Assembly: GCA_964409175.1 (NCBI GenBank)
Contig: CAYPCG010000002.1
Span: 4,606 to 68,605 of the forward strand
Origin: an uncultured Burkholderiaceae bacterium
GTDB taxonomy: Bacteria; Pseudomonadota; Gammaproteobacteria; Burkholderiales; Burkholderiaceae_A
Direction: 5' to 3'
Length of the DNA: 64,000 bases
This document shows, piece after piece, positions 30,103 to 41,133 of the stretch; position 1 is the first letter of the stretch, and every line of letters starts with the position of its first letter. Under the pieces are notes generated by a model, which was given only the letters and a program-made list of their open reading frames with translations, had not been told where the DNA came from and searched no databases. Made by a program: the position numbers and the translations under genes.

Positions 30103-30453
30103 TTAAAGCATCCTGCCCACGGGCGAGGGCCCGCCGAGCAGATGAACGTGAAGATGATACACCTCCTGCCCCCCCACCCGACCGGTATTAATAATGGTTC
30201 GAAAACCGTCAGGCGAGCCATTTTCCGCAGCCAATTTGGGGGCAAGCACTAGCATTTTCCCCAAGAGGGCCTGGTGGGATTCATTGGCATCTTGCAGCGA
30301 CACCAAGTGCTGCTTGGGAACAATCAGCAGGTGCATCGGGGCCTTCGGTGCAATGTCATGAAAGGCAATCAGATCATCGTCCTCGAAGACTTTTTTGGCA
30401 GGAATCTGTCCCTGACCAATCTTGCAGAAAATACAACTCGGGTCGTGCGTCAT
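30103..30453 (-). CDS. Histidine triad (HIT) family nucleotide-binding protein
   Basis: CIFCKI and HLHVHLL motifs. 116 aa. Confidence 0.9.
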   Translation of the reverse strand: MTHDPSCIFCKIGQGQIPAKKVFEDDDLIAFHDIAPKAPMHLLIVPKQHLVSLQDANESHQALLGKMLVLAPKLAAENGSPDGFRTIINTGRVGGQEVYHLHVHLLGGPSPVGRML

Positions 30454-30456
30454 TCA

Positions 30457-30843
30457 CTAGCCCTTCTGCTGCGCGCGCCGCGCTGCCTTTTCATCTAACC
30501 CTGAGATGCCCTCTCGCCTCGCAAGTTCCGCAAGAACTTGCTCGGGTCGAATCCCTGCCTGCACCAACGCCACAAGACAGTGAAACCAAAGATCTGCCAT
30601 CTCGGAAATCGTCTTTTCAGCCACGCCATCCTTCGCCGCCATGATGACTTCGGCGGCCTCTTCTCCAACCTTTTTCAAAGCGGCATCCGGGGCACCGGCC
30701 AGCAGTCTCGCCACATAGGACGACGCGGGGTCAAGGCCCTTTCGACTGGCGATGACATCGGCTAGCCGCGTGAGCACCTGCGCGGGATCCAAAAGTTCGC
30801 CATCGGGTGCGTATTGTTTAGGATCGTGAAGTTCGGACGACAT
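30457..30843 (-). CDS. hisE: Phosphoribosyl-ATP pyrophosphatase
   Basis: [16 protein letters not shown] and ADLWFHCLV blocks. Last gene of the his operon. Confidence 0.9.
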   Translation of the reverse strand: MSSELHDPKQYAPDGELLDPAQVLTRLADVIASRKGLDPASSYVARLLAGAPDAALKKVGEEAAEVIMAAKDGVAEKTISEMADLWFHCLVALVQAGIRPEQVLAELARREGISGLDEKAARRAQQKG

Positions 30844-30852
30844 AGGGGCCGG

Positions 30853-31293
30853 TTAAGACTCTTGAGAGGATGAATCGTACCCTGCATAGAGCGTGGCGGG
30901 GTCTTTCACCACGGGATCCACAGAAATCCATTGCAGTACCCCCTGATGTACTTCAAGCCGCTGATAGAGACAAGACTCACGGCCTGTGTGACAGGCAATA
31001 CCGCCCTGCTGCGCGACTTTCAAGAGAATCACATCGCCGTCACAGTCAAGACGAATCTCTTGGACGTGCTGGATATGTCCCGATTCCTCTCCCTTGTGCC
31101 AGAGACGGTTGCGCGAGCGAGAAAAATACACGGCCTGCTGTGTCTTGACCGTAGCGATCAATGCATCCCGATCCATCCAGGCCACCATGAGGACGCGCCC
31201 AGACTGCGCGTCCTGCGCAATTGCACAGACGAGCCCGCGATCGTCCCATCGGACCTGGTCTAGCCAGTCAGCCGTAGCAGCATCCAAGGTCAA
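30853..31293 (-). CDS. hisI: Phosphoribosyl-AMP cyclohydrolase
   Basis: [17 protein letters not shown] ... [11 protein letters not shown] ... ACHTGRESC. Start placed at the TTG overlapping the hisF stop (TTGA). The ORF-track 5' extension lies inside hisF. Confidence 0.85.
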   Translation of the reverse strand: MTLDAATADWLDQVRWDDRGLVCAIAQDAQSGRVLMVAWMDRDALIATVKTQQAVYFSRSRNRLWHKGEESGHIQHVQEIRLDCDGDVILLKVAQQGGIACHTGRESCLYQRLEVHQGVLQWISVDPVVKDPATLYAGYDSSSQES

Positions 31294-32054
31294 GCCCCAA
31301 CCCCCCTGACACACACGCCCTGCGCCGCCATGAATTGTTTGGCTTCTGCAATCGTGTGCTGACCAAAATGAAAAATCGATGCCGCAAGCACCGCATCTGC
31401 TGCCCCTTGGGTGACCCCATCGACCAGGTCTTGCAACCCCCCCACGCCACCGCTGGCAATGACGGGGATATTGACTGCGGTCGACACCGCACGGGTGAGC
31501 GCCAGATCGAAGCCCTTGCCCGTGCCATCTCGATCCATACTGGTGAGCAAGATCTCTCCCGCACCGAGGGCCGCGACGCGTTTTGCCCACTCGACTGCGT
31601 CAAGTCCAGTCGGTTTGCGGCCGCCATGGGTGAAGACTTCCCAGTGGTCATCCACCCGCTTGGCATCGATCGCCACCACAATGCACTGCGATCCAAATTT
31701 ATCCGCGCAGTCCCGCACAAGTTCCGGCTGATGGATGGCGGCGGTGTTGATACTGATCTTGTCAGCCCCAGCATTGAGAAGTCGACGCACATCTTCCACG
31801 CTACGAACCCCGCCCCCCACCGTGAGAGGAATAAAGACCTGATCGGCGACCGCTTCAATGATGGGCAGGATCAGATCGCGCTCATCGCTCGATGCCGTAA
31901 TGTCTAGAAAGGTGACCTCATCAGCCCCCTGGCGGTCATATTCGCGTGCAACAGACACCGGGTCTCCGGCATCACGAAGGTCCACGAAATTCACGCCCTT
32001 CACCACTCGGCCAGCGTTCACGTCAAGACAGGGAATGATTCGCTTGGCCAGCAT
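31290..32054 (-). CDS. hisF: Imidazole glycerol phosphate synthase cyclase subunit
   Basis: [27 protein letters not shown]. Confidence 0.95.
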   Translation of the reverse strand: MLAKRIIPCLDVNAGRVVKGVNFVDLRDAGDPVSVAREYDRQGADEVTFLDITASSDERDLILPIIEAVADQVFIPLTVGGGVRSVEDVRRLLNAGADKISINTAAIHQPELVRDCADKFGSQCIVVAIDAKRVDDHWEVFTHGGRKPTGLDAVEWAKRVAALGAGEILLTSMDRDGTGKGFDLALTRAVSTAVNIPVIASGGVGGLQDLVDGVTQGAADAVLAASIFHFGQHTIAEAKQFMAAQGVCVRGVGA

Positions 32055-32065
32055 GGGGGCGAGCC

Positions 32066-32821
32066 TTACGAGGCGGCCTGTTTTTTGATCAGATCGTCAG
32101 CGCGCTTTTGCGCCTTCTGGAAATCGATGTGACCCTCGTAGAGAGAGCGGCCAAGCACTGCTGCAGTGACGCCTTCGGGCTCGACCTTACAGAGCGCATC
32201 AATGTCTTTCATGCTGGCGACCCCGCCGCTGGCGATGATCGGCACCGAGACGGCTTGCGCAAGCGCAACCGTTGCCTCAATGTTGACACCCGTCAACATC
32301 CCGTCTCGGCCGATATCGGTGTAAAGAATCGACTCGACACCATAGTCTTCAAACTTCTTTGCGAGATCGATCACTTCATGTCCCGAGAGCTTGCTCCAGC
32401 CATCGGTAGCAACTTTGCCATCTTTCGCGTCGATCGACACAATGATGTGGCCAGGAAACGCAACACAAGCATCCTGGAGCAGGCCCGGATTTTTTACCGC
32501 TGCAGTGCCGATCACCACATAGCTTGCACCGTCATCTAAGAATCGCTCGATCGTATCGAGATCACGGATACCCCCACCAATCTGAACCGGCATCAGATCC
32601 CCTGCCGCCTTCATGATGGCGCGGATCGCAGATTCATTCTTCGGTCGCCCGGCAACAGCGCCGTTGAGATCCACCACATGGAGCCGGCGTGCGCCCTGGT
32701 CGCGCCACTGGCGTGCCATGTCCGCGGGGTTGTCCGAAAAAACAGTGACGTCTTTCAGATCGCCTTGCTTTAGGCGAACACACTTGCCATCTTTGAGATC
32801 AATTGCAGGAATCAGCAGCAT
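32066..32821 (-). CDS. hisA: ProFAR isomerase
   Basis: [31 protein letters not shown]. Confidence 0.95.
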   Translation of the reverse strand: MLLIPAIDLKDGKCVRLKQGDLKDVTVFSDNPADMARQWRDQGARRLHVVDLNGAVAGRPKNESAIRAIMKAAGDLMPVQIGGGIRDLDTIERFLDDGASYVVIGTAAVKNPGLLQDACVAFPGHIIVSIDAKDGKVATDGWSKLSGHEVIDLAKKFEDYGVESILYTDIGRDGMLTGVNIEATVALAQAVSVPIIASGGVASMKDIDALCKVEPEGVTAAVLGRSLYEGHIDFQKAQKRADDLIKKQAAS

Positions 32822-32841
32822 GACGATTTAAGGGTAGCGAG

Positions 32842-33495
32842 TTACGGGTTCCACGAAACAAAATTCGACAAAATTCGGAGGCCCGCCTGGGCGCTCTTTT
32901 CAGGATGAAACTGGGTTGCAACGATGTTATCGCTCGCTACTGCACAGGTAAAGCGAATCCCATAGTCACTCACCCCTAGAATCTGAGAGGCTTCTCGTGG
33001 TTCAGCGTGAAAACTATGAACGAAATAGAACCACTCCGCAGCGCCCAAGCCCGCTAACACCGGATGCGACGGTTGGGTCCAGCGCACCTGATTCCAGCCC
33101 ATGTGCGGAACTTTCAAGGGTTGCTGCTGCGGATCGACGGCACCCCGCGCGGCAGAAAACTTCACCACCTCACCGGCAAAAACCCCCAGTCCTGGCGTAT
33201 CGCCCTCTTCACTTCGCTCAAAGAGCATCTGCTCACCGACACAAATCCCCAGAAACGGTTTGTTCGTGCAGGCCCGCAGCACCGCTTCCCGAAGCCCCGA
33301 GCGTGCAAGACTTGCCATGCAGTCAGGCATCGCCCCTTGACCTGGAAAGACGACGCGCTCGGCGGACTCGATCAGATCTGGGTCCGAGACGATCTCTACT
33401 GTTTGATCCGGGGCCACTGCATGGAGCGCACGATAGACGCTTCTTAGGTTGCCCGAACCATAGTCAACGATCGCGATCACGTGACTAGAGCGCAC
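32842..33495 (-). CDS. hisH: Imidazole glycerol phosphate synthase glutamine amidotransferase subunit
   Basis: [29 protein letters not shown]. Confidence 0.95.
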   Translation of the reverse strand: MRSSHVIAIVDYGSGNLRSVYRALHAVAPDQTVEIVSDPDLIESAERVVFPGQGAMPDCMASLARSGLREAVLRACTNKPFLGICVGEQMLFERSEEGDTPGLGVFAGEVVKFSAARGAVDPQQQPLKVPHMGWNQVRWTQPSHPVLAGLGAAEWFYFVHSFHAEPREASQILGVSDYGIRFTCAVASDNIVATQFHPEKSAQAGLRILSNFVSWNP

Positions 33496-34075
33496 CCTTT
33501 GTCGATGGGATCACGTCTGATGAAAGACGAGGATCCACTTCTACTGCCATCCGAAGTGCGCGCGCAAACGCTTTAAAGATCGTCTCGCACTGGTGATGCG
33601 CGTTCTCGCCTTTCAGGTTGTCGATGTGCAGGGTCACCTGCGCATGGTTGACGAACCCTTGAAAGAATTCATGAATCAGATCGAGATCGAACTGTCCCAC
33701 CATGCTGCGCTTCCAGATCACCCCGAATTCAAGCCCCGGACGCCCAGAGAGATCCACGACGACACGGGACAGCGCCTCATCGAGTGGGACATAGGCATGG
33801 CCATAGCGACGCACCCCCCGCTTATCCCCAATCGCCTTGGCAAAGGCCTGACCTAGCGTGATGCCAAGATCTTCCACGGTGTGATGGGCATCAATCTCAA
33901 GATCGCCCTTGGCTCGAATATCGAGATCAATGAGGCCATGCCGGGCAATCTGATCCAGCATGTGATCCAAAAATGGAAGCCCCGAGTCCAGATGACGGGC
34001 TCCTGTGCCATCTAGGTTGAGCGACACCCGAATCTGGGTCTCGGCAGTCTCACGGCTGACTTCGGCGGTTCTCAT
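33485..34075 (-). CDS. hisB: Imidazoleglycerol-phosphate dehydratase
   Basis: [42 protein letters not shown] Shine-Dalgarno 7 nt upstream. Confidence 0.95.
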   Translation of the reverse strand: MRTAEVSRETAETQIRVSLNLDGTGARHLDSGLPFLDHMLDQIARHGLIDLDIRAKGDLEIDAHHTVEDLGITLGQAFAKAIGDKRGVRRYGHAYVPLDEALSRVVVDLSGRPGLEFGVIWKRSMVGQFDLDLIHEFFQGFVNHAQVTLHIDNLKGENAHHQCETIFKAFARALRMAVEVDPRLSSDVIPSTKGAL

Positions 34076-34109
34076 GGCGGCTCCTTTGGCTCAATGATAC
34101 ATTCGAGCC

Positions 34110-35168
34110 ATGTCGTCATTCTGGAGCCCACTGGTTCATCGGCTGAGCCCCTACACCCCGGGAGAACAGCCAAAAATCGAGGGGTTGGTGAAACTCAACA
34201 CCAACGAGAACCCCTATCCGCCGTCGGAAAAAGCGGTTCGCGCCATCGCAGGGGTTCCTGCTACAGCCCTTCGGCTCTATCCAGATCCAGACTCCACCGC
34301 AGTGAAAGAGGCGGTCGGCCGATTCTGGGACCTTCCGGCTGACCACGTCTTTGTGGGCAACGGCTCCGATGAAGTGCTGGCCTTTGTCTTTCAGGGGCTC
34401 TTGCACCAGGACACCCCACTGGTCTTTCCTGACATCACCTACAGCTTTTATCCGACCTACTGCGGACTGTTCGATATTCCTTTTGCGCTGTTACCCCTGG
34501 AGGCAGACCTATCCATCGATCTCCAGAGGGTCCCCGCATCTGCAAAGGCGGTGATCTTTCCTAACCCGAACGCGCCCACGGGACGCGCACTTCCTCGCGA
34601 GACCATCGAAGCGTTTGTCAAGGCACGCCCCGACCGACTGGTGGTAGTCGATGAGGCCTATGTTGATTTTGGTGCCGAGTCGTGTGCCCCGCTAACCCCA
34701 CACTATCCGAATCTCCTGGTCACTCAGTCACTTTCAAAATCTCGGGGTCTCGCTGGGCTTCGCGTGGGATTCGCACTAGGACAGCCCGATCTGCTCGCCG
34801 CGTTGCAGCGGATCAAAGACAGTTTTAACTCGTATCCGATTGATCGGCTGGCCGCTGCAGGTGCGCAGGCTGCGATGGACGACCGAGACTGGTTTGAGAC
34901 AAATCGAAAAAAAGTCATGGCCAGTCGTGAGACCTTAACCACGGGTCTTCTCCAGCTGGGATTTGAAGTGGTACCGTCACAGGCCAACTTTGTCTTTGCC
35001 CGGCACCCGTCCTTTGCAGGCGCTGACCTTGCGCTTCGCCTTCGCGAAAAAAAGATTCTGGTGCGACATTTTGCAAAAGCCCGCATCGATCAGTACCTGC
35101 GCATTACGGTTGGATCAGATGTTCAGGTCGCCACCTTATTGGCGGCCTTAGAGACGATTACGACTTAA
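34110..35168 (+). CDS. hisC: Histidinol-phosphate aminotransferase, encoded on the opposite strand to the rest of the his operon
   Basis: 352 aa. [20 protein letters not shown], and PLP-lysine block [14 protein letters not shown]. There is no comparable ORF on the minus strand of this interval. Confidence 0.9.
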   Translation: MSSFWSPLVHRLSPYTPGEQPKIEGLVKLNTNENPYPPSEKAVRAIAGVPATALRLYPDPDSTAVKEAVGRFWDLPADHVFVGNGSDEVLAFVFQGLLHQDTPLVFPDITYSFYPTYCGLFDIPFALLPLEADLSIDLQRVPASAKAVIFPNPNAPTGRALPRETIEAFVKARPDRLVVVDEAYVDFGAESCAPLTPHYPNLLVTQSLSKSRGLAGLRVGFALGQPDLLAALQRIKDSFNSYPIDRLAAAGAQAAMDDRDWFETNRKKVMASRETLTTGLLQLGFEVVPSQANFVFARHPSFAGADLALRLREKKILVRHFAKARIDQYLRITVGSDVQVATLLAALETITT

Positions 35169-36468
35169 GTCGCAGTTCCGCAGCGCGCGCGTGGGCGGTG
35201 AGTGATTCCCCGTGCGCCAGTGTTGCAGCCACGCGGCCAAGATCCTGTGCGCCAGATTCGCTAATCTCGATCATGCTGGTGCGCTTCTGAAAGTCATAGA
35301 CCCCGAGCGGTGACGAAAATCGTGCGGTCCGCATAGTGGGCAGCACATGGTTAGGTCCTGCGCAATAATCGCCCAGCGATTCCGATGCATACCGGCCCAT
35401 GAAGATCGCCCCTGCATGACGAATCTTGGCCGCCCAGTGTTCAGGGTTATCCGTCGAGATCTCCAGGTGCTCCGCCGCAATCCGTGAGGCAATCTCACAG
35501 GCCTCATCCAGACTGCGCACATGAATCAATGCCCCACGACCTTCCAACGAGGCGCGAATCACCTTGGCCCTGGGCATGTCTTGAATTAATCGATCAATTG
35601 CCTGGGATACCGCTTCAATGTAATCAGCATCAGGCGTTAACAGAATCGCCTGTGCGAGTTCGTCATGCTCAGCCTGTGAGAAGAGGTCCATGGCCACCCA
35701 GTCTGCTGGTGTCTTACCGTCACACAACACCAGAATCTCAGACGGACCTGCAATCATGTCAATGCCAACCTGACCAAACACCTGACGCTTGGCCTCGGCA
35801 ACATAGGCATTCCCCGGTCCGACAATTTTGTCGACTGCGGGAATCGTCTGGGTGCCATAGGCCAACGCCGCCACCGCCTGTGCGCCGCCAATCGTAAAGA
35901 CACGATCGACGCCCGCAATACAGGCCGCAGCCAACACCAGTTGGTTGCGCGCACCCTGCGGCGTGGGCACCACCATGATCACTTCGGAGACACCCGCCAC
36001 TTTTGCAGGAATGGCATTCATCAGTACTGACGAGGGATAGGCCGCCTTGCCGCCCGGAACATAAAGACCCGCACGATCAAGTGCCGTCACACGTTGACCC
36101 AGCCGATTGCCAGCCTCATCGGTATGGGTCCAGGAAGACTGTTTCTGAAGTTCGTGAAAACGACGGATTCGCTCCGCCGCAACCGTCAACGCCTGACGCG
36201 CCTCTGGATTGAGCTGATCCAATGCCTGCTGCATCTCGGCCTGAGAGATCTCAAGCTGCGCGACTGACGTGGCCGTCACCCCATCAAATCGCGCCGTCAT
36301 CTCTAACAACGCCTGATCACCACGCGTACGAATATCCGCAACGATCTCTTTGACTATCTTGCCAATCGCCTCGTCTTGGGCCGCATCAAATCGAAGCAGC
36401 TGATCAAGCCGCTCCTGAAAGTCAGGATGTGTTGACGAAAGTCGATGGACTTTTACGGACTGCGTCAT
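35158..36468 (-). CDS. hisD: Histidinol dehydrogenase
   Basis: 436 aa. [40 protein letters not shown]. Confidence 0.95.
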   Translation of the reverse strand: MTQSVKVHRLSSTHPDFQERLDQLLRFDAAQDEAIGKIVKEIVADIRTRGDQALLEMTARFDGVTATSVAQLEISQAEMQQALDQLNPEARQALTVAAERIRRFHELQKQSSWTHTDEAGNRLGQRVTALDRAGLYVPGGKAAYPSSVLMNAIPAKVAGVSEVIMVVPTPQGARNQLVLAAACIAGVDRVFTIGGAQAVAALAYGTQTIPAVDKIVGPGNAYVAEAKRQVFGQVGIDMIAGPSEILVLCDGKTPADWVAMDLFSQAEHDELAQAILLTPDADYIEAVSQAIDRLIQDMPRAKVIRASLEGRGALIHVRSLDEACEIASRIAAEHLEISTDNPEHWAAKIRHAGAIFMGRYASESLGDYCAGPNHVLPTMRTARFSSPLGVYDFQKRTSMIEISESGAQDLGRVAATLAHGESLTAHARAAELRLKS

Positions 36469-37112
36469 GATGCGGAGGCTCGGGCTGCCTGGGCAAACGT
36501 GTCGATTAGCGGCGAGATCGATTCTGGTCGGGTCTTAAACGCCGCCTGGTTCACGATCAGTCGTGCCGAGACCTGGGCGATGGTCTCGACTTCTTTTAGT
36601 CCATTCGCTTTTAATGTTCCGCCCGTCGACACCAGGTCGACGATGACATCGGCAAGTCCCACTAACGGCGCGAGCTCCATAGACCCGTACAGTTTAATCA
36701 GGTCCACATGGACCCCTTTGGCCGCAAAATGAGCGCGCGCAGTCTTCACATATTTCGAGGCCACCCGAATTCGGGCACCGCGATAGACCAGTGACGTGTA
36801 GTCCAGTCCGCTCGGGACGGCGACACTCATGCGACAACGGCCAATGCCCAGATCGACCGGCTGAATAAGCCCTTCCGATCCCTGCTCGCTGAGGACATCA
36901 GAACCCGCAATGCCAAGGTCTGCGGCGCCATACTGCACATACGTTGGAACATCACTCGCGCGAACAATCAGTAGCCGAAGGTCAGACCGATTAGTCGAGA
37001 GAATCAGCTTGCGCGATGACTCGGGGGACTCCAATGGCTTAATCCCCGCTGCCGCAAGCAACGGCAGCGCCTCGTCAAAGATACGGCCCTTCGATAGGGC
37101 AAAGGTCATCAT
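36465..37112 (-). CDS. hisG: ATP phosphoribosyltransferase, short form
   Basis: 215 aa. [35 protein letters not shown]. Confidence 0.9.
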   Translation of the reverse strand: MMTFALSKGRIFDEALPLLAAAGIKPLESPESSRKLILSTNRSDLRLLIVRASDVPTYVQYGAADLGIAGSDVLSEQGSEGLIQPVDLGIGRCRMSVAVPSGLDYTSLVYRGARIRVASKYVKTARAHFAAKGVHVDLIKLYGSMELAPLVGLADVIVDLVSTGGTLKANGLKEVETIAQVSARLIVNQAAFKTRPESISPLIDTFAQAARASAS

Positions 37113-38389
37113 GACTCAGACCCCACGATACGCGTCACACGAGCGCCGAGACGGACCAGCTTTTCTTCCATACGGTCGTAGCCACGGTCTAAGTGGTAGA
37201 TCCGGTCGATCTCCGTCTCACCGTCTGCCACCAGCCCTGCAATCACGAGCCCTGCCGAGGCGCGAAGGTCGGTCGCCATGACGCGGGCTCCCGATAGGCT
37301 TGCCACCCCCTTGACGATTGCCGTGTGGCCGTCGACTTCAATATTTGCACCAAGACGACGAAGTTCTTGGACATGCATAAAACGATTTTCAAAAATTGTT
37401 TCCGTGATGATGCTGGTGCCATTCGCAATGGCCGCAACGGCCATGAGCTGTGCCTGCATATCGGTTGCAAGCCCTGGAAATGGGGCCGTACGAAAGTTAA
37501 ACGCCTTTGGCCGAGTCTGCGCTGTCACGCGAATGCCCTGATCCGTTTCGCTAAGCCCGACACCGGCCTCGCGCAGTTTCTCAAGCGTGGCGCCCATCAT
37601 GTCGGATCGTGCGCCTAGCACCATGACATCCCCGCCAGTGGCTGCCACCGCGCACAAAAAAGTACCCGCCTCAATGCGATCTGCCATCACCGCATGGTCT
37701 GCGCTGTGCAGCTGCTCGACGCCGTGAATCACGATGCGATCGGTGCCCGCTCCCTCAATATGTGCGCCCATCGCAATCAGACAGTTCGCTAAGTCCACCA
37801 CCTCGGGCTCACGGGCCGCGTTATCAATCACCGTGGTCCCTTCCGCTAGAACCGCTGCCATCATCAGGTTTTCTGTTCCTGTCACCGTCACCATGTCCGT
37901 GACAATGCGTGCGCCTCGAAGTCGTTTCGCCTGCGCCTTGATGTAGCCGTGCTCAATCTGGATCTCAGCCCCCATCGCAGTCAGTCCCTTGATGTGCTGG
38001 TCCACCGGACGCTGTCCGATAGCGCAGCCTCCCGGAAGGCTGACCAAGGCCTCTCCGAATCGGGCGAGCATCGGCCCTAAGACAAGCACGGATGCACGCA
38101 TCGTCTTCACAAGCTCATAGGGCGCCTGGAGATGCGTCATCGCATCGGAGACTAAGGTGAGCGACTCCTGTCCGTCGCCCGGCTGCACCGCCACCGTGAT
38201 CTCTGTGCCCATCTGCGCGAGCAGCTTTTTCATCGTGCTGACATCCCGCAGCTGAGGCACATTGGTCAGGCGCAGCGGTTCTTTCGTCAGTAGCGAGGCG
38301 CAGAGAATTGGTAGCGCGGCATTCTTTGCACCGGAGACCTGAACCTCACCGGCTAGGGGCAGACCGCCCGTGATCTTGAATCGATCCAT
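37109..38389 (-). CDS. murA: UDP-N-acetylglucosamine 1-carboxyvinyltransferase
   Basis: [20 protein letters not shown], active-site PGGCAIG. Confidence 0.95.
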   Translation of the reverse strand: MDRFKITGGLPLAGEVQVSGAKNAALPILCASLLTKEPLRLTNVPQLRDVSTMKKLLAQMGTEITVAVQPGDGQESLTLVSDAMTHLQAPYELVKTMRASVLVLGPMLARFGEALVSLPGGCAIGQRPVDQHIKGLTAMGAEIQIEHGYIKAQAKRLRGARIVTDMVTVTGTENLMMAAVLAEGTTVIDNAAREPEVVDLANCLIAMGAHIEGAGTDRIVIHGVEQLHSADHAVMADRIEAGTFLCAVAATGGDVMVLGARSDMMGATLEKLREAGVGLSETDQGIRVTAQTRPKAFNFRTAPFPGLATDMQAQLMAVAAIANGTSIITETIFENRFMHVQELRRLGANIEVDGHTAIVKGVASLSGARVMATDLRASAGLVIAGLVADGETEIDRIYHLDRGYDRMEEKLVRLGARVTRIVGSES

Positions 38390-38392
38390 GGC

Positions 38393-38629
38393 CTAGCGCG
38401 CCGCCCACTCGGTGGGCGTGAGTGTCTTCATCGATAGCGCATGAATCTCTGCCTTCATGCGATCCCCCAATGCGGCATAGACCATCTGATGCCGAGCAAT
38501 GAGACGCTTGCCTTCAAACGCTGCGCTCACAATCACGGCCTCAAAATGATGGCCATCTCCCTGGACCTCGAGATGGTCGCAGGCGAGCCCCTGGGCGATG
38601 TAGCCCTGAATGTCTTCTGGTGTCACCAT
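38393..38629 (-). CDS. ibaG: BolA-family protein (IbaG/YrbA-like)
   Basis: 78 aa starting at MVTPEDIQ. GDGHHFEAVIVSAAFEG and RHQMVY blocks. Sits upstream of murA as in E. coli. The ORF-track 5' extension overlaps the ABC gene. Confidence 0.8.
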   Translation of the reverse strand: MVTPEDIQGYIAQGLACDHLEVQGDGHHFEAVIVSAAFEGKRLIARHQMVYAALGDRMKAEIHALSMKTLTPTEWAAR

Positions 38630-38637
38630 GATGGGAC

Positions 38638-39399
38638 CTATTGTATCGGTGCCGGCTGGCTGGGCTGACGCAAAAGCCGAAGAAAAACCGTCTCTAGGCT
38701 CTCTTCCGATCGTGACAATAGGTCTTTGGTGTTCTCGTCCGCCAAGATCCGGCCCGATTTGAGTAGCACGATCCGCTCGCAGAGCGACTCTGCCTCCTCG
38801 AGGTAATGGGTTGTCAGGACAACGGTATGGCCTTCTTGATTGAGTCGACGAATAAAGAGCCACAGGCTCTGACGCAGTTCTACATCCACTCCTGCAGTCG
38901 GCTCATCCAAGACAATCACAGGAGGTCGATGCACTAACGCCTGAGCGACTAACACCCGTCGCTTCATCCCGCCCGATAACGCGCGCATATTGGCGTCTGC
39001 CTTATCGGAAAGCCCGAGGTGATGCAGCAGCTCATCAATCCAGTCGTCGTTGCCTTTGATTCCAAAGTAACCGGACTGAATTCGCAGCGTCTCCCTGACG
39101 GTGAAGAAAGGATCAAAGACCAGTTCCTGCGGAACGACGCCGAGACATCGACGGGCTTGCGCCGCATCGGTCATGACGTCATGCCCCAGAATTGCTGCAT
39201 GGCCTGCCGACGGGCGCACCAGACCAGCAAGAATCTGAATCAAGGTGGTCTTGCCCGCACCATTCGGGCCGAGAAGGCCGATGAACTGGCCACTCGGGAT
39301 GCTGAAAGAAACATCGGTCAGCGCATTCACCGAACCACGCGCGCCCTGATAGGTTTTTGAAATGCCGTTGATCTCAACAGCGACGGGAGTCGTCATCAC
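38638..39399 (-). CDS. ABC transporter ATP-binding protein (ABC-2/YadG-like), no adjacent permease
   Basis: Walker [10 protein letters not shown], signature LSGGMKRR, Walker B VIVLDEPTAGVD, H-loop TTHYLEE. Confidence 0.85.
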   Translation of the reverse strand: MMTTPVAVEINGISKTYQGARGSVNALTDVSFSIPSGQFIGLLGPNGAGKTTLIQILAGLVRPSAGHAAILGHDVMTDAAQARRCLGVVPQELVFDPFFTVRETLRIQSGYFGIKGNDDWIDELLHHLGLSDKADANMRALSGGMKRRVLVAQALVHRPPVIVLDEPTAGVDVELRQSLWLFIRRLNQEGHTVVLTTHYLEEAESLCERIVLLKSGRILADENTKDLLSRSEESLETVFLRLLRQPSQPAPIQ

Positions 39400-39402
39400 G
39401 CG

Positions 39403-39732
39403 TTAAAGAGTAGTCTCTTCCCAATGTAGTACGGCATCCAATGAACTCAGCGCCGCAAGTGATCGCACTGCTTCTGGCGCAGCCCGAATCACTAGCGGTG
39501 CATTCGTCTTTTCTCGCACGCGGCGATCAAGGGCCAACAAGACGGCCAACGCCGAGGTGTCGACATCGCGCAGGTCCGATAGGTCGGCAACGCATGGAGT
39601 CGACGACTGGCCACACGCCCGATCGATGGCTGCAAGATGGCGATCGCGCTCGGCCGCGGCATTAGTCAGTGAGACGCTCTCGGAAAATTTCAGCAGGATT
39701 TCGGTCTCTGTGGTCATCGAAATTTCACGCAA
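39403..39732 (-). CDS. mlaB: STAS-domain protein (MlaB-like)
   Basis: ~105 aa with an anti-sigma-antagonist-like fold signature (DLSDLRDVDTSALAVLLAL). Follows mlaC. Confidence 0.6.
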   Translation of the reverse strand: MREISMTTETEILLKFSESVSLTNAAAERDRHLAAIDRACGQSSTPCVADLSDLRDVDTSALAVLLALDRRVREKTNAPLVIRAAPEAVRSLAALSSLDAVLHWEETTL

Positions 39733-39741
39733 CGCCAGATC

Positions 39742-40401
39742 TCAGCGCGTGGTCCGCTTAGACTGCGCGGCCGCCGCAAGGCTCGTGTTCTTTTCCTTCA
39801 TCGACTGAATCAGTCCATCAATACCACTGGCACCAATCACCTGTGCAAACTGGGTGCGATAGTTCTCTACCAGCCAAAGCCCTAAGACGTTGATGTCAAA
39901 AATTCGCCAGCCCCCTGAGATGCGCTCGAGTCGGTAATCGAGCTGAATCGGCTCTTTTCCAGGTCGCACCAAGGCAGTACGAACAACCACCTCGTCATCC
40001 TCTGGACGTGCCCGCGATGGTTTCATCTGAATGGTCGTATCCGACACCTGACGGACCGCATCTGCGTAGGTCAACAAGAGCAGACGACGAAACTCTGCCA
40101 TCAAAACCTTCTGCTGCTCTGGCGTTGCCGAACGCCAGAACCGGCCCACCGCCAGGGCCGTCATGCGCTGAAAATTCACATGCGGCATGATCCGACGATC
40201 TAACAAAGAATTTAGGCGCTCGATATCGCCCGTCTGCAACGTACGGTCAGCCTTCACTTCGTCAAGCACGCCTGTCGCAATCGAACGAATCAGTTCATCG
40301 GCGGAACCCACGGACTGTGCCTGTGCGAGCGGCACGAAGAACGCCGCTGCGATCGCCGCAACGAACAATCGACGGTAATCATTAAAACGTTGTAAAGCCA
40401 T
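39742..40401 (-). CDS. mlaC: Phospholipid-binding periplasmic protein MlaC (Ttg2D family)
   Basis: Signal peptide and Ttg2D-like blocks (RIMPHVNFQRMTALAVGRFWR, WRIFDINV). Confidence 0.8.
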   Translation of the reverse strand: MALQRFNDYRRLFVAAIAAAFFVPLAQAQSVGSADELIRSIATGVLDEVKADRTLQTGDIERLNSLLDRRIMPHVNFQRMTALAVGRFWRSATPEQQKVLMAEFRRLLLLTYADAVRQVSDTTIQMKPSRARPEDDEVVVRTALVRPGKEPIQLDYRLERISGGWRIFDINVLGLWLVENYRTQFAQVIGASGIDGLIQSMKEKNTSLAAAAQSKRTTR

Positions 40402-40407
40402 TTTTCC

Positions 40408-41133
40408 TTAATCAACCTTCATTGGACGCTGGGGAGGGTCGCCATCATAGACCTGACTGAGCCGGCGAGCGAGATAAGCCTCACGGACTGCGGAGTAGCG
40501 GTCAAAAGAAATGGCAGAAAGTGCGCCTTCCATCGCCATAAATTCCACACGGCGATCCAGGGCCCTCACGCCAAAAGCCGCTACACGATCACTGCTTCTC
40601 GGCAACACGGTTTCCATGGTGGGATCTACCGTCATATCCAGTGCCGTGCCGACCGTGTCACGAATCGTGCTCGGTCCAAGCAGTGGCAGGACAAAGTAGG
40701 GGCCCGGGCCAACCCCCCAGCGCCCCAAGGTCTCGCCAAAATCCTCAGAGGTCTTCGCATACCCAAGTTCTGAGGCAGGGTCGCCGAGTCCGAAAAATCC
40801 AATCGTGGTGTTGATGACCACACGCGCCGCGGTGTCGACGGCCTGTTTCGGTTTGCCCTGAAGTCCATGATGTACAGCGGTGGGCACATCTCGAATGTTG
40901 CCAAAGAAATTACGCGCTAAAAATTGGAACAGATCTGGCACATAGTCACGGTAAGCCTCGGCCGCCGGTTTCACCACTGACCGATCCAGCTGTTCGTTAA
41001 ACTCAAAGACCGCGCGGTTATAGGACTCAAAAGGATCGCGAGAGTCCTGTACACGGCCCGCCGGAAAGCTTGCACAACCGACACTCGACAACAGGGCCAG
41101 GCAGGCCGCAATCTTCAGACCAAGCCGCATCAT
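40408..41133 (-). CDS. mlaA: VacJ/MlaA family outer-membrane lipoprotein
   Basis: Lipobox LSSVGC. DPFESYNR, FFGNIRD and GPYFVLPLLGPST blocks. Confidence 0.85.
   Translation of the reverse strand: MMRLGLKIAACLALLSSVGCASFPAGRVQDSRDPFESYNRAVFEFNEQLDRSVVKPAAEAYRDYVPDLFQFLARNFFGNIRDVPTAVHHGLQGKPKQAVDTAARVVINTTIGFFGLGDPASELGYAKTSEDFGETLGRWGVGPGPYFVLPLLGPSTIRDTVGTALDMTVDPTMETVLPRSSDRVAAFGVRALDRRVEFMAMEGALSAISFDRYSAVREAYLARRLSQVYDGDPPQRPMKVD

Noticed and set aside
31294-31590. 5' extension of the hisI ORF (ORF-track start at 31590)
   Set aside because: The extension lies entirely inside hisF in another frame and has no HisI similarity. A TTG start overlapping the hisF stop gives a normal-length HisI.
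38630-38863. 5' extension of the BolA-family ORF
   Set aside because: The extension overlaps the 3' end of the ABC ATPase gene. The BolA domain begins at the internal Met (38629).
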